This document shows positions 21,501 to 33,500 of a stretch of 64,000 bases of DNA, piece after piece. The notes under the pieces were generated by a model, which worked only from the letters and a program-made list of their open reading frames with translations, was not told where the DNA came from and made no database searches. The position numbers and the translations under genes were made by a program. The DNA lies in the NCBI RefSeq assembly GCF_004010195.1, contig NC_057751.1:3006379-3070378 (forward strand), in the 5' to 3' direction. Numbering within the stretch: the first letter of the stretch is position 1; each line of letters starts with the position of its first letter. The DNA is from Chiloscyllium plagiosum. Lineage: Eukaryota.

Positions 21501-24500
21501 CCGCCTTATGGATAGTTACACTACATGCCAACTCACAACAAGGCCATCCACATCCCTTTGGAGACGTGCACTTCACAATCTCTTGTCATGTCCGAAAGAT
21601 AGTCGTTTCTTTTCTGGGGTTTTTTCGAGCAAACTGAACAACCTGTCACATTGGTCCCACTTGACATTTATCTTCCATCTGCCATGTTGCAGCATGTTCA
21701 TTTAGCCTGTCCCAGTCATCATGAAACCACCTCCTAGTCTCCCCACAATTTCCTCTTGCCCACGGTGGTGGTGCCAGGGAGTTGGAGATATTGGGGTGGT
21801 CCTGCTGACTCAGTGATGAGTAGAGATGGTGAATAGCTGGGGTCCAAGCACTGAGCCTTGTGGGACACCACCAGGAGCAGCCGACCATCCTGACAATGAT
21901 CTGTTCATTGCTTCTCCCTGCTTTGTGTTTTCACTCATTCTCAATCTGTACTTGTATATCACCGCCCCCCCCCCACCCCAATCCCATGGGCTTTAAATCT
22001 CTGGTGTGCCACATTGTTAAAAGTCTTCTGGACATCCAAATATAACAAGACTTCCATTGGTTCCCTTTGATCTGTGGTCCACGTGACATCCTCAACCAAA
22101 AACCTCCCAACAGGTTGGTCAAACATCATTTTCCCCTCCACGAGCCCACATTGACTCTGCCTAATTTGACCAGGCTTTTCAAAATGTCCGATTAATAACT
22201 CCTTTACAATGGATTATCACACATCATTCGGACAGACATCAGATAATGGTCTGCAGTTTGTCATTCTCCATCGCTTCTTAAATAGCGTGACAACTTTTGC
22301 TGCTTTCAATTTTACAGGAACCTTTCCAGAATTCATAAAATTAGAAAGGTAATCACCAATTCATACACGGTTCTTCCCTCCACCTCCTGTGAATACTGTG
22401 GGGTACAGCTCCTCTGATCCAGCGCATTCGTTAATCTTTGTTCCAGTTGACTTGTCAACCACTACCTCTTGAGTAATACCAGCTTCATTCAGTTGCTCAG
22501 TTTAATTCACCTCTTAGCTATCGAAAGTTTGTGTGAGGTGTTCTGTGTGAAGAGAGGAAACAAAAGAATTGTTTTGCTTCTGTCATTTTCTCCATCAAAA
22601 AAAGTCCACATTTACCCCCTGGAAATCGTTTCTTTTAACACAGCTGAGGGAGGCCTGTCAGGACTGGAGGAGGTTCCAGAGATTGTGATGGATGTAGGGG
22701 CTGGGGGACGATACAGAGATAGTGAGAAGTGTAGGGACTAGATCAGGTGAGAGAAAGAGGGAGGGATGGGGGTCGGGGCTGGAGGAGGTTAGAGATAGGG
22801 GATATGTAAGGCTAGAGAGAAACCTGAACACAGAACAAGTTTAAAACTCATCAGTTTGGTAACCAGTGTATCTCAGTGTGCACTGTCAGTGATGTTTAAG
22901 TGACATTGATTGTGAATTCAGGCCCTTGTTCTCAATGAATTCCACTTCACTGTTTGGGAGCTTTGACACACTCCAGTGATCTGTGTGTGTGATTATTGAG
23001 CTCTCTGCTCCTTCCCTCTGCCAAAGGAGAGTGTAGTCAGACTCTACATGGTACACACAAGAGAGGAACGAACACACTGAGTGACCCAAATCTCTTAACA
23101 CACCATCTCATCTTCCTTGTTTCAGATGTTGGCTGTATGGATTAGCTGGTATTTCATAAACTCTTCAGCTGTTCTCTCACACAAAGAATAGATGGAGCAG
23201 AGAACTCTTGCTCTGGTTCAACATCACCTTCACCCCCTAACATGACACTTGATCCTTTGGAGAAGTCAATGACCCAAACCTTGAGTCAGTGAGCAGGCTG
23301 TTGGTGAGCCAGCGGAACTTGATCATATCGTTAATTACCCTTTCCATTCCTTCATTGACCATGGAGAGTGGACTTGATGGGGAGGGTGCTAATTGGCCAG
23401 GGAGGATTTGTCCTGTTCTTTTGGTGCAGGACATGCATTGTTGTGTAGATGCCCATGTTGTAACTGTACTGGAAGAGCTTGGCTCAGGGGAGCAGCAAGT
23501 TCAGGAGCACAAGCCTTCAGAACTGTTGGTGGAATATTGTCATGAACCTTTGCCTTTACAGTATCCAGTGCCTCCAGCCGTTCCTTGATATCACGTGGAG
23601 TCAATCAAATTGGTTGAGCAGCGGTGCGTATGTAATCCTGTTGGTATCTTCACCAGGTTGCTATTCCGTCTGAAAGTCTGCCAGGTGCTGCTCCTGGCAT
23701 GTCCAGCTGCACACTCTGTTGAACCAGCGTTGATGCCCTAGTTTGACAGTAATGGTTGACTGGAGGGATTGGCTGGGCCAGGCCATGAGGTTACAGATTG
23801 TACTGGAGTACAGTTCTGCTGCTGTTGATGACCCATAGTGCCTCATGGATGCCCAGTCTTGAGTTGCTAACTCTATTTGAAGTCTGTCTCATTTAGCATG
23901 GTGGTAGTGCCACACGATGCGATGGGGGGTATTCTCAGTGTGAGGGTGGAATCTTGTCTCCACAAGCTCTGGTTGGTGGTTGTTCTTACCAATATGGTCC
24001 TGGACAGATGCATCTACAGCTGGCAGATTGTTAAGGATGTGGTCAGGTGTGTTTTTCCCTCTTGTTGGTTACCTCACCACCTGCCCAGACCCCGGAGCTA
24101 TGTCCAGCTTGATCAGTAATACTGCTGCTGAGCCCGTCATGGAGATGGAGATGGAAATGCATCACCCCACCCCCGAGAGGCGTGCTGATTGATCAGCTGA
24201 TGGGAGTGAGTGGGGGGTGTGAGGACGATGCAGCAAATCTTCCCGAGTTGGAATGAGGTACCGTTCTCACTGCACTCCCCCTGCAGCCACAACATGATGA
24301 TCAAATGACCTGGGACTGCTTCAGGAAGACCACATGGGAGCTCACTGAAGCTTCCACCCCAGCTGACTCCACCTCATCCATCTTCACATGGACCAAGCAA
24401 CACATTCAGGCAGTTGTAAGCTCTGCTCTTTCCGATCACGAATCAACAAGCAGGTTTTCCTATTCTGTTTGATGGCACAAGCTTTCAGGAAATATCTCTG

Positions 24501-27500
24501 TATTCCCCCGTGCTCACTGAAGTCCCTTCACAGTGGTATTTTGTTTTCTCTTCTCGCACATTTGTGATTTATAATCTGAGTATTTGTACTGTTGCTTTTT
24601 CTTCCCAGGCAGTTGAGGATTTTATTTTCTGGTCTATTTGCTTTTCTTTCCCCGCTGCCCACTGAATCCCTGCAGTGTGGAAGCAGGCCATTTGGCACAG
24701 CGAGTTCACACTGACTCTCTGAAGAGCATCCCACTCCTTCTCATTTCCCCTCATCTCAGTTCCAATCTTCCAGCTCAGCACTGTCCCCATGACTTGTCCA
24801 ACCTGCCTATCTTCTTTTCCACCTATCGGTCACCTCCACCCTCCTCTCATTTATCTCTCCACCCTTCAGGCTCTGCCTGTATTCCTGATGAAAGGCTTTT
24901 GCCCAAAACGTCGATTTTCCTGCTCCTCAGATGCTATCTGAACTGCTGCGCTTTTCCAGCAACACTCTAATCTAGACTCTGGTTTCCAGCATCTGCAGTC
25001 CTTGTTTTTACCATGTCCCTGTGACCCTGCATTTCCGATTGCTAACCCACCTATCCTCCACATCCCTGGAATTTAGCTTGGCCAATCCCTCTAACCTGGA
25101 CATCTTTGGACAGCAAATAGACAACAAATGGCTGGAATCTGAACTGAAAACAGGCAATGCTGGGAACACTGAACAGGCCAGTGCAGAGAGAGAGCGAGAC
25201 AAAGTGTGTGTGGAGAGGCGAGCACCCTGAGCACAGCTCTGCTTTCATCCAGTGTCCCATAACCTTAAGCTTTGATCCTGTGCTTTGAGACCTCCAGTCA
25301 TTGAATCTCTTCTGCCCTACACTGTGTCAATGACCTGCCCTTGTGTTTTGGACTCCACCTTGCCTGTTCCATTCCTGACTTTACACAGGAACGTCATTAC
25401 CCAAATTTTGGATTACCGGCAACATCGCAAGGTCCCAATGCTTGGCTAAACTGTGTTATCCAGCATTCGATTATACGAACAAAATACTCCCCGCTTGTGT
25501 CGTTCGGATAATTGAGGTTCCTCTGTACTCAACTCTGCTAAGGGATTAGCCAGCTGTGAACACTGCAGATGCTGGAGATCAGAGTCAAAAAGGGGTGGTG
25601 CTGGATAAGCACAGCAGGTCGGACAGCATCTGAGGAGCAGGAGAATCGATGTTTCAAACATTGTCATCAGGACTGTTGAGGGTGGGGGGAGGGGGTGAAT
25701 CACAAGGGGGCTGATTCAATTGGCAGAACTGGTTCTCACCTTCAATAATTTCTCCTTTGAATCCTCCCACTTCCTCCAAACCAAAGGGGTAGCCATGAGC
25801 ACCTGCATGGGCCCTAGCTTTGCCTGCCTCTTCATTGGGTACACGGAACAGGCCATCTTCTGAATCTACACCGGCAGCACTCCCAACCTTTGTCTCCGTT
25901 ACATTAATAAATCTATTGGTGCCACCTCGTGCCCCTGCAAGAAGTTCAGCAGTTCATCAACTTCACAAACACCTTCCATCCTGAACTCTAGTTCACCTGG
26001 GCCATCTGAGACACCTCTCTCCCCTTCCTGGACCTCTCCATCTTTATTTTTGGCAACCAACTCAACATAGACATCGACTTCAAACCCACTGTCTCCCACA
26101 GCTGCCTGGACGACACCACCACCTACCCTGCCTCTGGAAGAATTGCTGTCCCTTACTCCGAATTCCTGCGCCTCCACCGCATCTGCTCCAAGGAGGGGTA
26201 ATTCCACTCCACAACAAGGACAGAACTTCCTGGTTCTCCCCTTCCACCTCACCAACCTGCGGATACAACATATCATCCTCCACCATTTCCATCGCCTATA
26301 AACAGACCCCACCACCTGAGAGATATTTCCCTCCCCACCCCTGTCAGCATTCTGCAGAGACCATTCCCTCCGCCACTCCCTCATTAGGTCCACGCACCCT
26401 ACCAACCCACCCTCCACTCCCGGCACTTCCTGCCAAGAGGTGTAAAACCTGCATCCACATCTTTCCCCTCCTTCACCTCTATCCATTGCTCCAAAAGATC
26501 CTTCCTTGTCTGGCAGAGATTTACCTGCACATCCAAACATCTCATCTACTGTGTCTGTTGCTCTTCATGTTTCTCCTGTGCATCGGGGAGACAGGACAGT
26601 GATTCACGGAATGTTTTGGAGAACAAGAAACCCCACCACCCTATGGCCGAATACTTTGATTTCTCCCACTCTGCCAAGGACATGCAGGTCCTGGGCCTCT
26701 TCCATTGCCAAACCCTTACTACCCAACGCCAGGAGGAAGAATGCCTCATCTTCCAACCCCATGGCATCAGTATGGATTCCACCAATTACCTCATTCCCCC
26801 TCTCCCTCCCACCTCCCGCCCCCACCACCTGATCTCACATCCAACCCTCTAACTAAGCACCGCCCTCTTCATCTAGCTATCCATCTTCCTTCCCACCTAT
26901 CAACTCCACCCTCCCTTCTGGTCTATCACTCCCCCACCCCCTTCACCTCCATCTACCTAGTACATTCCCAGTTGCTTTCCACCCCCTCCCCCAGCCCCAC
27001 TACCCTCCCATTTCCCTCTCAGCCCCCTTGGCTCTTGCCCGAAACATTGACTCTGTTGCTCCTCGGGTGCTGTCTGACCTGCTGTGCTTTCCCAGCACCA
27101 CAGTTTCTGAGTGTGTCATGGGTTTGTGGAGCTGCACCTTGCCTGTACACATGGTGCTGCCAGACCGCCTGCGTTTATCCAGCACATTCTGTGGGCAGTG
27201 ACTTGGAAAGGGGAAGGTGGTGTCTTCCAGCGCAGGAGGTTGAGTTCCTCACCCCCAGATGTATCGAGCACCGTGGCACTGTGGCGACACTTTGAAGGGT
27301 TCTTCATTGGCATAGAAGCACTTTGGGTCATCCAGGGGATGCGACAGGTGTTAGTGCAATTCACATTGTTGCCTTGCTATTTCCTGGACTGGATATAGTT
27401 GGGTGCAGGCAGAGAGTGAGGTTTCCCCAAACTGCAGCCTGAGGCCCCGTCACTGCCTGGAGGCCCTGTCAGGATTGGCACTCAGTAGCAGAGTTGCTGT

Positions 27501-30500
27501 TTACTCTGAGCGGTTTCTGCCCTGTTTGAATCTCATGTGTTTGGAGAGATTGTTTGTTTTGGTAAATCCCAGCACAGGGATCTGTAGGGTGCTGCAACTT
27601 GAGAAAGGTGGAAGGAAGCAAGCATCATTTTGAGTTGTCAATGGGCCCTGAAGGATTGCAACCCCACTTGGGTGACCAGTTCCAGTGTCAGTGGTTCGCT
27701 TCCTGCTAACCTAACGGATTTTTGTTTGCTTTTCATCTTGGATGCTTCAACAATTACCCTGCAGCACTGCAGACCTATTTACTGTGTCTGCTCATGCCCT
27801 GTTCTTTGTCTGCGGTCTGTACTGTTGAGCATTTCCCAGCTGTATTGGTCAGTCAGACAAGGACAAGTGAGAGCTGGCCAAATGTTGGTCCACCCAGAGA
27901 TTAACTCCAGCATTTTCTCAACACTCCACCCCCATGAACATCACAGAGTTGGGGTGGAAGCAGACACTGCAGGGCAGTACCTTGGTCTGAGTGGGAACTA
28001 GGAACAGCCTGGGAAGGAGCTTTCCATTTTTACCTCCAATGCTTCTCCTGGTTGAGGGTAGAGGGAAAGCCTTGCCCCTTGAGCTCATTCTCAGGCAGAG
28101 CCCATGATCCATTATTGACTGATTGAAATGAAGGTGGTCTGGGAATGGTAGGATGGGTGGTGTGCTCCATCTGCCACCTGTAGCACAGTATCACTGCAAG
28201 AGTGTGTTTTGGGTTCTGAGCTGACATCCGAGACAGAGACACAGCAGGGAAATCAGCAAAGGGAGAAGGTATATGGGCCCTTCCATCCAGTAACTGGCTG
28301 GGACAGGAGGATAGCACTGTTGACACAGATGCAGGGATGATGGCTCGAATGGTCTCCTCATCTTCCACCACCACACTCTGGCACTGCAGTCATGTTCCTG
28401 GTGGGGTGGGCAGGAACGTAACTTTCCTGGCAGAACAGAGCAGAACAGTATGTAATGTTACCTCTCCAGCATGATGGCTGAAGGCCATTTCAGCAAACTG
28501 GAGATGTTCTGGGAGTGGTAGCTTATACATGACCCAGGACTGAATGAACCAATCACTTCAGGCGAAAGAAGTTCTCTCCCCCCCTCCTCCCTCTCTCACT
28601 CTCGTGCTGTTTCTCTCTTTAGTAAGTTGCATCCTGGGGGGGGGGTTGCTGACCATGAGTAACACACCACCTGACTCTGCAAAGACTCGATGCCATCTAT
28701 AAGGCACAAGACAGGAGTGTGATGGAAATCTCTCCACATCCTATAACACACAAGATGCTTGGCACCATCCAGGACAAAGCAGTCACTTGATTGGTACCTC
28801 GTCCACAAACATCCACTCCCTCCACCACCAACGCTCTGTGTCTCTACAAGATACACTGCAGTAATTCACCAAAGATCCTCAGACAGCATCTTCCAAACCC
28901 ACGTCCACTTCCAACTGGAAGGACAAGGGCAGCAGATACATGGAGACACCACCCCCTGCAAGTCCACCTCCAAGCCATTCCCCATCCTGACTTGGAAATA
29001 TATCGCCATTCCTTCAGTGTCGCTGGGTCAAAATCCTGGGAATTCCCTCCCAAGGGCATTGTGGGTCTACCTACAGCACATGAACTGCAGCGGTTCAAGA
29101 AGGCAGCTCACCCCCACCTTCTCAAGGGGGGTAACTAGGGACATGGTAATAAATATGGGCCCAGCCAGTGATTCCCACATCCCATGAGTGAATTATGAAA
29201 AAGTTCCAAATTTAAAAACAAGATGACAAAGGAAATGATCTCTCGCTTACTACCAGAGGGACAGGGTCAGACAACAAAGAGCCCAAAGGCGGTGGACAAA
29301 GACAGGTTTTGGTTAGTGGTTCTTGTCACTTGTTCTGGGAGCACCATCCTGCTGAATGAGGGCTGCACAAAAATGGTGTCGGCAGGGGAAATAAATGGAG
29401 AGAAAATGTTGGTCGATCCCAGGACTCTGTTGTGGTGCATGTCATGAACATCATCACATTTGTGCACAGAATCCTGCTGATTTGAGGAATCTGGCTGAAT
29501 TCCAAGTGCTGTGTGTGTGGGATGTTGAACTTCTATTCCGTTCTCCTCCTGCAGCTCTGCAAGTGGCTTTTGGCTCGCTGTACCGAGATGATGTCTTAAT
29601 TCATCCCAGTCGCGTGGTGACCATTCTGGCAGCAGCCTGCATGCTACAGCTGGTAAGATACACAGAGACAGTCTGTTGGTCTCAATTCAAAGATGGGTGT
29701 TGCTTTTTTTCTTGCCTCAGTGTTTGCAAGCACAGACAGTCCTCACCCCCTGACCCCTGCCTATTTCTGTAACTTCCTTCATCTTGATCACTTTGCTCCT
29801 GGTGGCTCTGCCTCCATACGCTGGAATGCACTGCACACACCCCTGTCCCACAGCACTTTGCCTGATTAGAAGCTGACATGAAAACCTCACTGTTTGACCA
29901 GGGATGTTTTTGGTCTTTCTCAACTGTATTTGTTTCTGTGTCTCAGTATCCTCATGCATCCTCGTACTCGCATCCTCGTACTGTATCAGAGGATTAGAAG
30001 GAATGCCTGACTGACCGGTGAACAATGTTGTCATGAGTCCTAGTTAATTTTATGATACCTCCTTTTGCAGTGTTTCGAGGAGAAGGCAGAATATTGTATG
30101 GAACCAGCAGACAGTGCTATAGAGTGAGACAAGTTCAGGTATCTGCTTAGCTGACCATGGAGCTGAGCTGTCTACATGTGCTGTTACAGCTGGTGCCAGG
30201 TTTAATCCACTCCCCCCCCCCCCCGGCTATAATCAGCTGGAGAGGGACAGAGGGAGTCAGTCTTGCTGCTGTGCTCTGCCTGTCGTGGTGACCTGATATA
30301 AGGCAATTCTGACTGGCACCACACAGGCAGCACAACCAAACAGCCCCAAGGGCCAAAGGGTTTCTGACCCCCTCCCCCACTCCCCCCAGGCAGCCAAGAA
30401 AAGCTGGGTCCCAGATGGACTGTTGGAAAGGAGGAGAGAGAGGTGCATTTCCAGAGCTCACAATGAAGTGACAATGCCAGAGCAGTTCAAATCAGGCATA

Positions 30501-33500
30501 TGCTCGAGTCCAGAATTGGGAAAGGGCAGAGATCTCCGAATGCTGTGAGGTTGCTGGGGTGCAGGAGCTAAATGTGATGAGAGGTTTATAACAGAGTTCC
30601 TGTCAGTTCCCATGCCTGTGTCAGTCATTGAGAGTGCACATGTTTCCTGCCTACTGCTGGTCACAGGGAGCTCACATCGCATCAGTGAGTTGTGTCAGCT
30701 CCTTGCCTTTGTCCCCTTCTGTTTGAGAGGAAAGCTGCTATATTTGGCTTTTTCCAGCTCCCTCCCTTGCTGGGAGATGCAGGCCGTTGCTAGGTTACCA
30801 CTCCACAGGCCTCCAGTGCATCAGCAGTGAAAGCCTGTTTGCTGTGAGACTCAGTGCTTGGATGTGTAGCCTGTTTGCTCCAGCTCAGAGAGCTGGCTGA
30901 CAGTTGCAGGGGCTCACAACATCAGGTCAGGTCAGAGATCCGGCCGGAATTCTTCTGTCGATCATCACTGGGGTCGGGGAGCTGGGGGAAGCATTGCCAC
31001 GGAATATGGTTCAGACCAGCACACACGATGCATTAGGATCAAACTGAATCTCTTGTCCTATCCATCCAAGTTCACTTTTATCAGCAGTGATTGGTTGGGC
31101 TGGGACTGGCTCTGGGGAAGATATACAAGGTGTAAGCCTTCACAGGAATCAAGTATTTCAGAGCTATCTGTGTGGAGATGGTCAGATAAGGACCATCTCT
31201 ATCATGCAGTCAATAATAAACCTTCAGACTGATATGAAACCTTGCCCAGTGAGTGATGAGGATGGAGAGTGGTTCGCAGACAGAACACAGGTCCATTTCA
31301 ATCACATTTGCACGATCCAGGTGAGAGGGAGATGATAAGGCCAAGGAGGCCCGTGCATCAACGATTTCAGTGCAGACCACTTCAGCTGAATTGCATCGAA
31401 CAGGAATTAGGGGTAGCCTTGGGAGCAGACTAGGGAGGTGAAACCGCTCCTTCAGAGGAGCTGGAAGCTCACTGACTGTATCAGTCACTCATGGGATATG
31501 GGTGTCACCACACAATACCCTGGAGAACGTGGTGGTGAACTGTGTTCTTAAATTGCTGCTCAGCTGTGACTTCCAGGATTCTGACCCAGTGACAGTGAAG
31601 GAACGGCGAGATATTTCCAAATCAGGATGGGGAGGGACTGGAAGGGCAACTCGCAGGGGTGGTATTCCTATGTACCTGCTGCCCTTGGCCTCCTTCATGG
31701 TACCAGTTGTGGGTTTGGAAATTGTTGTTGAAGCATCTCTAGTGAATTTTTGCAGGGCATCTTGTAGTTGGTGCACTCTGCTGTGACTGAGTCTCGGCAA
31801 TGGAGTGGATGCTTGTGGATGTGTTGCCAATCAAGTGGCTGCTTTGTCCTGGATGGGGATACGTTTCTTGCGTGTTGTTGGAGCTGCCCCTATCCAGGCA
31901 AGTGGGGAGTGTTGCATCCCACTGTTTTGTTGTGGAAGGGCTTTGGGGAGTCAGGAGGTGTGATACTTGATACCTGCTCTTGGAACCAGTGTGTTTATGT
32001 GGTCAGTCCAAAAGAGTTTCTGGTCCATGATAATGCCCAGGATGTTGACAGTGGGGGATTCAGTGGGAACAGTGATGTTGAATGTTACGGGGCAGTGGTT
32101 TGTTTCTCTTGTTTGTGGGGGAGGATGGGCCACAGTTACTTGGGGAGGGGATGGGTGAATGGGTAGAGACATCTCCCATTGCCAATGGTGACACAGTGGA
32201 GTGATAGCCAATGCCCAACAGTGCTCGGCTTCTGCTTGGAAGCATTCCTATTTCTCTTGGTCCACGAGGAATGTTGCAAAATATCTTTCCCCATTGAGTC
32301 GACAGCTCCAGTTCACATTGTGAGTCCGGTTTTGATAATTGTCCAAAGCAGGATATCCAGACTTCCCAAAACTGGGAAAGGATGTGTCCCCAGTGGATTT
32401 GGATCCTGCTCCCTGTCTGAATGGTTGACATTTCCTCATTGCTGTCCAGACTGTGTTGGGGTGGGGGTGTACACACATGTTTTCCACCAGGAGTGAGCAG
32501 ACACCCAGTTGAGTTTATCATCTCCCCACAGGCTCTGAATGAGGGGCATGTCTGAGTCTCTCCTGTGAGGATATTTGTAAAGCTTGCAGTCCCTCCCCCT
32601 CTGGGGTCAATGTGCTTACCCAGTGGGGACTGGGTGTTTGATCCATTTCCCGTGTAGCTGGAGCAGCTACCCCCTTTACCTGTGTTTCGCAACTCGGTGC
32701 ATTGTGAGGAACAATGAGCTGGATTAGCCCATTGTCACTTTGTAAGAGCAATGGGAAAATGATTGAGATGTATGGTGTTGTGTGAGCAACTGTGCAATGG
32801 GTTCCTTATTTACAGCAGCTCTCATTGTTAGATCAAGCCCATCATTGTGAACACAGGAAGTTGTCTCAGTGCAGCACACCTTTTCACTGTGGGATATCAC
32901 ACTGAGGTTGGACAGGAGGTTGATGCACTCTCTCCTGGAGTACTGTGTGCAGTTCTGCTCGCTCTGTGATCAGAAGGATACCATTATGCTGGACAGGTTT
33001 CAGAGAGATTTGCTGAGAATGAAGGGTTCGCGTAATAAGGAGAGGCTGGATAGGCTGGGACTTTTTCACTGGAGTGTTGGAGTGTGAGAGGGTTATAAAA
33101 TCACAAGGGGCATGGATTGCATGAACACCAGTGTCATTTGCCGAGGGTGGGGGATTTCAAGCCTACGGGCATGTTTTTAAGGTGATAGGAGCAAGATGTG
33201 AAAAAGACATGAGGGCCACCTTTGTTTTTACCAGGTGAGAGTGGTTCATGTGTGGTCTGACCTTCCTGAGGAAGTAGTGGAGGATGCAGGTACAGGGACA
33301 ACATTTGAAAGGTGTTTGGGTAAGTTGATGAACCAGAAATGTTTGGAGGGATAAGGGCTGAGAGCAGGCAGGTGGGATGAGCTGAGTGTGGGGTGAAAGT
33401 TGAATCGAGAGCTCTGTTTCCATGATGTGTGACTCGATGCCTGTCATTCAGATGTGTGTTACAGGTGAGCACTGGCAGGGACACATCCACCAGAGGGGTT

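Noticed and set aside
24290..24350. C/D box snoRNA (ATGATGA...CTGA)
   Set aside because: Short, with no terminal stem or recognisable guide; a similar pair near 19085-19118 is shorter still.
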